DNA of 64,000 bases from Paragordius varius. Lineage: Eukaryota; Animalia; Nematomorpha. The notes under the pieces were generated by a model that was given only the letters and a program-made list of their open reading frames with translations, made no database searches and was not told where the DNA came from. The position numbers were made by a program, and so were the translations under genes. The stretch spans positions 1,674,001-1,738,000 of the forward strand of contig OZ176050.1 of assembly GCA_964247055.1 (NCBI GenBank). Reading direction: 5' to 3'. Shown piece after piece: positions 53,401-64,000 of this stretch. Numbering within the stretch: position 1 is the first letter of the stretch; every line of letters begins with the position of its first letter.

Positions 53401-56400
53401 CGCATCAATACTCAAATTAAACTTTGTCCTTAAAAATCGAATATTGGTCACCGGTGAACAAAATTATTTTTTATACATTCTCTTAGTAAGACTACATCAA
53501 AATATAGAGATAGTTTGACAAACTCTTTCATATCCGATTTTTACAACGATACTTTAAAAATTAATGTGCTCAAGTTAAATTTTGTCCTTAAAAATCGGAT
53601 ATTGGTCACCGGTGAACAAAATTATTTTTTATACATTCTCTTAGTAAGACTACATCAAAATATAAAGATAGTTTGACAAACTCTTTCATATCCGATTTTT
53701 ACAACGATTCTTTAAAAATTAATGTATAAAACTAGTCGCATCAATACTCAAGTTAAACTTTGTCCTTAAAAATCGGATATTGGTCACCGGTGAACAAAAT
53801 TATTTTTTATACATTCTCTTAGCAAGACTACATCAAAATATAGAGATAGTTTGACAAACTCTTTCATATCCGATGTTTACAACGATACTTTAAAAATTAA
53901 TGTATAAAACTAGTCGTATCAATAAATCGCATCAATACTCAAGTTAAACTTTGTCCTTAAAAATCGGATATTGGTCACCGGTGAACAAAATTATTTTTTA
54001 TACATTCTCTTAGTAGGACTACATCAAAATATAGAGATAGTTTGGCAAACTTTTTCATATCCGATTTTTACAACGATACTTTATAAATTAATGTATAAAA
54101 CTAGTCGTATCAATAAGTCGCATCAATACTCAAGTTAAACTTTGTCCTTAAAAATCGGATATTAGTCACCGATGAACAAAATTATTTTTTATACATTCTC
54201 TTAGTAGGACTACATCAAAATATAGAGATAGTTTGACAAACTCTTTCATATCCGATTTTTACGATACTTTAAAAATTAATGTATAAAACTAGTCGCATAA
54301 AACTCAAGTTAAACTTTGTCCTTAAAAATCGAATATTGGTCACCGGTGAACAAAATTATTTTTTATACATTCTCTTAGTAAGACTACATCAAAATATAGA
54401 GATAGTTTGACAAACTCTTTCATATCCGATTTTTACAACGATACTTTAAAAATTAATGTGCTCAAGTTAAATTTTGTCCTTAAAAATCGGATATTGGTCA
54501 CCGGTGAACAAAATTATTTTTTATACATTCTCTTAGTAAGACTACATCAAAATATAGAGATAGTTTGGCAAAATCTTTCATATCCGATTTTTACAACGAT
54601 ACTTTAAAAATTATGGTATTAAACCTGTCGCATCAATACTCAAGTTAAACTTTGTCCTTAAAAATCGGATATTGGTCACCGGTGAACAAAATTATTTTTT
54701 ATACATTCTCTTAGCAAGACTACATCAAAATATAGAGATAGTTTGACAAACTCTTTCATATTCGATTTTTACAACGATACTTTATAAATTAATGTATTAA
54801 ACTAGTCGCATCAAAACTCAAATTAAACTTTGTCCTTAAAAATCGAATATTGGTCACCGGTGAACAAAATTATTTTTTATACATTCTCTTAGTAAGACTA
54901 CATCAAAATATAGAGATAGTTTGACAAACTCTTTCATATCCGATTTTTACAACGATACTTTAAAAATTAATGTACTCAAGTTAAATTTTGTCCTTAAAAA
55001 TCGGATATTGGTCACCGGTGAACAAAATTATTTTTTATACATTCTCTTAGCAAGACTACATCAAAATATAGAGATAGTTTGACAAACTCTTTCATATTCG
55101 ATTTTTACAACGATACTTTATAAATTAATGTATTAAACTAGTCGCATCAATACTCAAATTAAACTTTGTCCTTAAAAATCGAATATTGGTCACCGGTGAA
55201 CAAAATTATTTTTTATACATTCTCTTAGTAAGACTACATCAAAATATAGAGATAGTTTGACAAACTCTTTCATATCCGATTTTTACAACGATACTTTAAA
55301 AATTAATGTATAAAACTAGTCGTATCAATAAATCGCATCAATACTCAAGTTAAACTTTGTCCTTAAAAATCGGATATTGGTCACCGGTGAACAAAATTAT
55401 TTTTTATACATTCTCTTAGTAGGACTACATCAAAATATAGAGATAGTTTGGCAAACTTTTTCATATCCGATTTTTACAACGATACTTTATAAATTAATGT
55501 ATAAAACTAGTCGTATCAATAAGTCGCATCAATACTCAAGTTAAACTTTGTCCTTAAAAATCGGATATTGGTCACCGATGAACAAAATTATTTTTTATAC
55601 ATTCTCTTAGTAGGACTACATCAAAATATAGAAATAGTTTGACAAACTCTTTCATATCCGATTTTTACAACGATACTTTAAAAATTAATGTATAAAACTA
55701 GTCGCATAAAACTCAAGTTAAACTTTGTCCTTAAAAATCGAATATTGGTCACCGGTGAACAAAATTATTTTTTATACATTCTCTTAGTAAGACTACATCA
55801 AAATATAGAGATAGTTTGACAAACTCTTTCATATCCGATTTTTACAACGATACTTTAAAAATTAATGTGCTCAAGTTAAATTTTGTCCTTAAAAATCGGA
55901 TATTGGTCACCGGTGAACAAAATTATTTTTTATACATTCTCTTAGTAAGACTACATCAAAATATAAAGATAGTTTGACAAACTCTTTCATATCCGATTTT
56001 TACAACGATACTTTAAAAATTAATGTATAAAACTAGTCGCATCAATACTCAAGTTAAACTTTGTCCTTAAAAATCGGATATTGGTCACCGGTGAACAAAA
56101 TTATTTTTTATACATTCTCTTAGCAAGACTACATCAAAATATAGAGATAGTTTGACAAACTATTTCATATCCGATTTGAACAACGATACTTTAAAAATTA
56201 ATGTATAAAACTAGTCGCATCAAAACTCAAGTTAAACTTTGTCCTTAAAAATCGAATATTGGTCACCGGTGAACAAAATTATTTTTTATACATTCTCTTA
56301 GTAAGACTACATCAAAATATAGAGATAGTTTGACAAACTCTTTCATATCCGATTTTTACAACGATACTTTAAAAATTAATGTACTCAAGTTAAATTTTGT

Positions 56401-57369
56401 CCTTAAAAATCGGATATTGGTCACCGGTGAACAAAATTATTTTTTATACATTCTCTTAGCAAGACTACATCAAAATATAGAGATAGTTTGACAAACTCTT
56501 TCATATTCGATTTTTACAACGATACTTTATAAATTAATGTATTAAACTAGTCGCATCAATACTCAAATTAAACTTTGTCCTTAAAAATCGAATATTGGTC
56601 ACCGGTGAACAAAATTATTTTTTATACATTCTCTTAGTAAGACTACATCAAAATATAGAGATAGTTTGACAAACTCTTTCATATCCGATTTTTACAACGA
56701 TACTTTAAAAATTAATGTGCTCAAGTTAAATTTTGTCCTTAAAAATCGGATATTGGTCACCGGTGAACAAAATTATTTTTTATACATTCTCTTAGTAAGA
56801 CTACATCAAAATATAAAGATAGTTTGACAAACTCTTTCATATCCGATTTTTACAACGATTCTTTAAAAATTAATGTATAAAACTAGTCGCATCAATACTC
56901 AAGTTAAACTTTGTCCTTAAAAATCGGATATTGGTCACCGGTGAACAAAATTATTTTTTATACATTCTCTTAGCAAGACTACATCAAAATATAGAGATAG
57001 TTTGATAAACTCTTTCATATCCGATTTTTACAACGATACTTTAAAAATTAATGTATAAAACTAGTCGTATCAATAAATCGCATCAATACTCAAGTTAAAC
57101 TTTGTCCTTAAAAATCGGATATTGGTCACCGGTGAACAAAATTATTTTTTATACATTCTCTTAGTAGGACTACATCAAAATATAGAGATAGTTTGGCAAA
57201 CTTTTTCATATCCGATTTTTACAACGATACTTTATAAATTAATGTATAAAACTAGTCGTATCAATAAGTCGCATCAATACTCAAGTTAAACTTTGTCCTT
57301 AAAAATCGGATATTGGTCACCGATGAACAAAATTATTTTTTATACATTCTCTTAGTAGGACTACATCAA

Positions 57370-60300
57370 AATATAGAGATAGTTTGACAAACTCTTTCAT
57401 ATCCGATTTTTACAACGATACTTTAAAAATTAATGTATAAAACTAGTCGCATAAAACTCAAGTTAAACTTTGTCCTTAAAAATCGAATATTGGTCACCGG
57501 TGAACAAAATTATTTTTTATACATTCTCTTAGTAAGACTACATCAAAATATAGAGATAGTTTGACAAACTCTTTCATATCCGATTTTTACAACGATACTT
57601 TAAAAATTAATGTGCTCAAGTTAAATTTTGTCCTTAAAAATCGGATATTGGTCACCGGTGAACAAAATTATTTTTTATACATTCTCTTAGTAAGACTACA
57701 TCAAAATATAAAGATAGTTTGACAAACTCTTTCATATCCGATTTTTACAACGATACTTTAAAAAATGTATAAAACTAGTCGCATCAATACTCAAGTTAAA
57801 CTTTGTCCTTAAAAATCGGATATTGGTCACCGGTGAACAAAATTATTTTTTATACATTCTCTTAGCAAGACTACATCAAAATATAGAGATAGTTTGACAA
57901 ACTATTTCATATCCGATTTTAACAACGATACTTTAAAAATTAATGTATAAAACTAGTCGCATCAAAACTCAAGTTAAACTTTGTCCTTAAAAATCGAATA
58001 TTGGTCACCGGTGAACAAAATTATTTTTTATACATTCTCTTAGTAAGACTACATCAAAATATAGAGATAGTTTGACAAACTCTTTCATATCCGATTTTTA
58101 CAACGATACTTTATAAATTAATGTATAAAACTAGTCGTATCAATAAGTCGCATCAATACTCAAGTTAAATTTTGTCCTTAAAAATCGGATATTGGTCACC
58201 GGTGAACAAAATTATTTTTTATACATTCTCTTAGTAGGACTACATCAAAATATAGAGATAGTTTGGCAAACTCTTTCATATCCGATTTTTACAATGATAC
58301 TTTAAAATATAATGTATAAAACTAGTCGCATCAATACTCAAGTTAAACTTTGTCCTTAAAAATCGAATATTGGTCACCGGTGAACAAAATTATTTTTTAT
58401 ACATTCTCTTAGCAAGACTACATCAAAATATAGAGATAGTTTGACAAACTCTTTCATATCCGATTTTTACAACGATACTTTAAAAATTAATGTATAAAAC
58501 TAGTTGTATCAATAAATCGCATCAATACTCAAGTTAAACTTTGTCCTTAAAAATCGGATATTGGTCACCGGTGAACAAAACTATTTTTTATACATTCTCT
58601 TAGTAGGACTACATCAAAATATAGAGATAGTTTGGCAAAATCTTTCATATCCGATTTTTACAACGATACTTTAAAAATTATGGTATTAAACCTGTCGCAT
58701 CAATACTCAAGTTAAACTTTGTCCTTAAAAATCGGATATTGGTCACCGGTGAACAAAATTATTTTTTATACATTCTCTTAGCAAGACTACATCAAAATAT
58801 AGAGATAGTTTGACAAACTCTTTCATATTCGATTTTTACAACGATACTTTATAAATTAATGTATTAAACTAGTCGCATCAATACTCAAATTAAACTTTGT
58901 ATTTAAAAATCGAATATTGGTCACCGGTGAACAAAATTATTTTTTATACATTCTCTTAGTAAGACTACATCAAAATATAGAGATAGTTTGACAAACTCTT
59001 TCATATCCGATTTTTACAACGATACTTTAAAAATTAATGTGCTCAAGTTAAATTTTGTCCTTAAAAATCGGATATTGGTCACCGGTGAACAAAATTATTT
59101 TTTATACATTCTCTTAGTAAGACTACATCAAAATATAAAGATAGTTTGACAAACTCTTTCATATCCGATTTTTACAACGATACTTTAAAAATTAATGTAT
59201 AAAACTAGTCGCATAAAACTCAAGTTAAACTTTGTCCTTAAAAATCGAATATTGGTCACCGGTGAACAAAATTATTTTTTATACATTCTCTTAGTAAGAC
59301 TACATCAAAATATAGAGATAGTTTGACAAACTCTTTCATATCCGATTTTTACAACGATACTTTAAAAATTAATGTGCTCAAGTTAAATTTTGTCCTTAAA
59401 AATCGGATATTGGTCACCGGTGAACAAAATTATTTTTTATACATTCTCTTAGTAGGACTACATCAAAATATAGAGATAGTTTGACAAACTCTTTCATATC
59501 CGATTTTTACAACGATACTTTAAAAATTAATGTATAAAACTAGTCGCATAAAACTCAAGTTAAACTTTGTCCTTAAAAATCGAATATTGGTCACCGGTGA
59601 ACAAAATTATTTTTTATACATTCTCTTAGTAAGACTACATCAAAATATAGAGATAGTTTGACAAACTCTTTCATATCCGATTTTTACAACGATACTTTAA
59701 AAATTAATGTGCTCAAGTTAAATTTTGTCCTTAAAAATCGGATATTGGTCACCGGTGAACAAAATTATTTTTTATACATTCTCTTAGTAAGACTACATCA
59801 AAATATAAAGATAGTTTGACAAACTCTTTCATATCCGATTTTTACAACGATACTTTAAAAAATGTATAAAACTAGTCGCATCAATACTCAAGTTAAACTT
59901 TGTCCTTAAAAATCGGATATTGGTCACCGGTGAACAAAATTATTTTTTATACATTCTCTTAGCAAGACTACATCAAAATATAGAGATAGTTTGACAAACT
60001 ATTTCATATCCGATTTTAACAACGATACTTTAAAAATTAATGTATAAAACTAGTCGCATCAAAACTCAAGTTAAACTTTGTCCTTAAAAATCGAATATTG
60101 GTCACCGGTGAACAAAATTATTTTTTATACATTCTCTTAGTAAGACTACATCAAAATATAGAGATAGTTTGACAAACTCTTTCATATCCGATTTTTACAA
60201 CGATACTTTATAAATTAATGTATAAAACTAGTCGTATCAATAAGTCGCATCAATACTCAAGTTAAATTTTGTCCTTAAAAATCGGATATTGGTCACCGGT

Positions 60301-61270
60301 GAACAAAATTATTTTTTATACATTCTCTTAGTAGGACTACATCAAAATATAGAGATAGTTTGGCAAACTCTTTCATATCCGATTTTTACAATGATACTTT
60401 AAAATATAATGTATAAAACTAGTCGCATCAATACTCAAGTTAAACTTTGTCCTTAAAAATCGAATATTGGTCACCGGTGAACAAAATTATTTTTTATACA
60501 TTCTCTTAGCAAGACTACATCAAAATATAGAGATAGTTTGACAAACTCTTTCATATCCGATTTTTACAACGATACTTTAAAAATTAATGTATAAAACTAG
60601 TTGTATCAATAAATCGCATCAATACTCAAGTTAAACTTTGTCCTTAAAAATCGGATATTGGTCACCGGTGAACAAAACTATTTTTTATACATTCTCTTAG
60701 TAGGACTACATCAAAATATAGAGATAGTTTGGCAAAATCTTTCATATCCGATTTTTACAACGATACTTTAAAAATTATGGTATTAAACCTGTCGCATCAA
60801 TACTCAAGTTAAACTTTGTCCTTAAAAATCGGATATTGGTCACCGGTGAACAAAATTATTTTTTATACATTCTCTTAGCAAGACTACATCAAAATATAGA
60901 GATAGTTTGACAAACTCTTTCATATTCGATTTTTACAACGATACTTTATAAATTAATGTATTAAACTAGTCGCATCAATACTCAAATTAAACTTTGTATT
61001 TAAAAATCGAATATTGGTCACCGGTGAACAAAATTATTTTTTATACATTCTCTTAGTAAGACTACATCAAAATATAGAGATAGTTTGACAAACTCTTTCA
61101 TATCCGATTTTTACAACGATACTTTAAAAATTAATGTGCTCAAGTTAAATTTTGTCCTTAAAAATCGGATATTGGTCACCGGTGAACAAAATTATTTTTT
61201 ATACATTCTCTTAGTAAGACTACATCAAAATATAAAGATAGTTTGACAAACTCTTTCATATCCGATTTTT
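57370..61270 (+). repeat. Tandem 12-mer higher-order repeat, 2097 bp x~1.9
   Basis: Markers at 57766/59863, 58682/60779 and 58901/60998; 12 monomer lengths sum to 2097. Confidence 0.92.
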
Positions 61271-64000
61271 ACAACGATTCTTTAAAAATTAATGTATAAA
61301 ACTAGTCGCATCAATACTCAAGTTAAACTTTGTCCTTAAAAATCGGATATTGGTCACCGGTGAACAAAATTATTTTTTATACATTCTCTTAGCAAGACTA
61401 CATCAAAATATAGAGATAGTTTGACAAACTCTTTCATATCCGATTTTTACAACGATACTTTAAAAATTAATGTATAAAACTAGTCGTATCAATAAATCGC
61501 ATCAATACTCAAGTTAAACTTTGTCCTTAAAAATCGGATATTGGTCACCGGTGAACAAAATTATTTTTTATACATTCTCTTAGTAGGACTACATCAAAAT
61601 ATAGAGATAGTTTGGCAAACTTTTTCATATCCGATTTTTACAACGATACTTTATAAATTAATGTATAAAACTAGTCGTATCAATAAGTCGCATCAATACT
61701 CAAGTTAAACTTTGTCCTTAAAAATCGGATATTGGTCACCGATGAACAAAATTATTTTTTATACATTCTCTTAGTAGGACTACATCAAAATATAGAGATA
61801 GTTTGACAAACTCTTTCATATCCGATTTTTACAACGATACTTTAAAAATTAATGTATAAAACTAGTCGCATAAAACTCAAGTTAAACTTTGTCCTTAAAA
61901 ATCGAATATTGGTCACCGGTGAACAAAATTATTTTTTATACATTCTCTTAGTAAGACTACATCAAAATATAGAGATAGTTTGACAAACTCTTTCATATCC
62001 GATTTTTACAACGATACTTTAAAAATTAATGTGCTCAAGTTAAATTTTGTCCTTAAAAATCGGATATTGGTCACCGGTGAACAAAATTATTTTTTATACA
62101 TTCTCTTAGTAAGACTACATCAAAATATAAAGATAGTTTGACAAACTCTTTCATATCCGATTTTTACAACGATACTTTAAAAATTAATGTATAAAACTAG
62201 TCGCATCAATACTCAAGTTAAACTTTGTCCTTAAAAATCGGATATTGGTCACCGGTGAACAAAATTATTTTTTATACATTCTCTTAGCAAGACTACATCA
62301 AAATATAGAGATAGTTTGACAAACTCTTTCATATCCGATTTTTACAACGATACTTTAAAAATTAATGTATAAAACTAGTCGTATCAATAAATCGCATCAA
62401 TACTCAAGTTAAACTTTGTCCTTAAAAATCGGATATTGGTCACCGGTGAACAAAATTATTTTTTATACATTCTCTTAGTAGGACTACATCAAAATATAGA
62501 GATAGTTTGGCAAACTCTTTCATATCCGATTTTTACAATGATACTTTAAAATATAATGTATAAAACTAGTCGCATCAATACTCAAGTTAAACTTTGTCCT
62601 TAAAAATCGAATATTGGTCACCGGTGAACAAAATTATTTTTTATACATTCTCTTAGCAAGACTACATCAAAATATAGAGATAGTTTGACAAACTCTTTCA
62701 TATCCGATTTTTACAACGATACTTTAAAAATTAATGTATAAAACTAGTTGTATCAATAAATCGCATCAATACTCAAGTTAAACTTTGTCCTTAAAAATCG
62801 GATATTGGTCACCGGTGAACAAAACTATTTTTTATACATTCTCTTAGTAGGACTACATCAAAATATAGAGATAGTTTGGCAAAATCTTTCATATCCGATT
62901 TTTACAACGATACTTTAAAAATTATGGTATTAAACCTGTCGCATCAATACTCAAGTTAAACTTTGTCCTTAAAAATCGGATATTGGTCACCGGTGAATAA
63001 AATTATTTTTTATACATTCTCTTAGTAAGACTACATCAAAATATAGAGATAGTTTGACAAACTCTTTCATATCCGATTTTTACAACGATACTTTAAAAAT
63101 TAATGTACTCAAGTTAAATTTTGTCCTTAAAAATCGGATATTGGTCACCGGTGAACAAAATTATTTTTTATACATTCTCTTTGTAGGACTACATCAAAAT
63201 ATAGAGATAGTTTGGCAAACTCTTTCATATCCGATTTTTACAACGATACTTTAAAAATTAATGTATAAAACTAGTCGCATCAATACTCAAGTTAAACTTT
63301 GTCCTTAAAAATCGAATATTGGTCACCGGTGAACAAAATTATTTTTTATACATTCTCTTAGCAAGACTAGATCAAAATATAGAGATAGTTTGACAAACTC
63401 TTTCATATCTGATTTTTACAACGATACTTTAAAAATTAATGTGTTAAACTAGTCGCATCAATACTCAAGTTAAACTTTGTCCTTAAAAATCGGATATTGG
63501 TCACCGGTGAACAAAATTATTTTTTATACATTCTCTTAGCAAGACTACATCAAAATATAGAGATAGTTTGACAAACTCTTTCATATCCGATTTTTACAAC
63601 GATACTTTAAAAATTAATGTGTTAAACTAGTTGCATCAATACTCAAGTTAAACTTTGTCCTTAAAAATCGGATATTGGTCACCGGTGAACAAAATTATTT
63701 TTTATACATTCTCTTAGCAAGACTAGATCAAAATATAGAGATAGTTTGACAAACTCTTTCATATCTGATTTTTACAACGATACTTTAAAAATTAATGTGT
63801 TAAACTAGTCGCATCAATACTCAAGTTAAACTTTGTCCTTAAAAATCGGATATTGGTCACCGGTGAACAAAATTATTTTTTATACATTCTCTTAGCAAGA
63901 CTACATCAAAATATAGAGATAGTTTGACAAACTCTTTCATATCCGATTTTTACAACGATACTTTAAAAATTAATGTATAAAACTAGTTGTATCAATAAAT

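Larger units (their letters stand above)
1..64000. repeat. Tandem satellite DNA array, ~178-bp monomer, ~360 copies, single orientation; both ends run off the window
   Basis: Monomer starts (TAGTTTG[A/G]CAAA) recur at 1, 177, 357, 535, 715, 893, 1084 and onward to the end. No non-repeat sequence or inverted monomer was seen on read-through. Confidence 0.99.

Noticed and set aside
54407-54607. 66-aa ORF (MTNSFISDFY...)
   Set aside because: It starts at the TTG present in every monomer and stays open only because the 20-bp deletion removes stops. It is plain satellite sequence with no recognisable domain.
14500-61270. Rule that 191- and 158-bp monomers balance to a constant mean length, or that indels keep helical phase
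   Set aside because: HOR means range from about 169 to 182 bp, and the indel sizes (+13, -20, -5, -3) are not consistent multiples of 10.5.
63054-63254. Second near-identical 66-aa ORF
   Set aside because: Same artefact in another 158-bp monomer; the similarity reflects the repeat. Most sibling monomers have stops in this frame.
1-64000. CRISPR array (palindromic repeat at regular spacing)
   Set aside because: The sequence between palindromes is the same repeat, not unique spacers. The period of 158-191 bp is too long and there are no cas genes.
1-64000. Identity with Arabidopsis CEN178 or primate alpha satellite
   Set aside because: Only the length is similar. I see no sequence resemblance, no AAGCTT site, and GC is lower. 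A database search is needed for any assignment.

Overview
All 64 kb is one uninterrupted, head-to-tail, single-orientation AT-rich satellite array of roughly 360 monomers. I found no credible genes, RNA genes, CRISPR array or inserted transposon. Hand-derived 178-bp consensus (27.5% GC): TAGTTTGACAAACTCTTTCATATCCGATTTTTACAACGATACTTTAAAAATTAATGTATAAAACTAGTCGCATCAATACTCAAGTTAAACTTTGTCCTTAAAAATCGGATATTGGTCACCGGTGAACAAAATTATTTTTTATACATTCTCTTAGTAAGACTACATCAAAATATAGAGA. Main length classes are 178/177, 191 (13-bp internal duplication), 158/157 (20-bp deletion) and 175. Two things stand out. (1) The monomer is tiled by dyad symmetries: a ~32-bp quasi-palindrome across the monomer junction, a perfect 14-bp inverted repeat with a 65-bp spacer, and an 18-bp near-palindrome abutting the right arm. 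This layout resembles cruciform-prone centromeric satellites and non-autonomous Helentron (DINE-1/HINE-like) ends. (2) The array is a mosaic of short-lived local higher-order repeats (2- to 25-mers) in variant domains with sharp borders near 15.25, 28-29 and 32 kb. Organism and function cannot be determined from the sequence. All counts and offsets are manual. The two supplied ORFs are by-products of the repeat.
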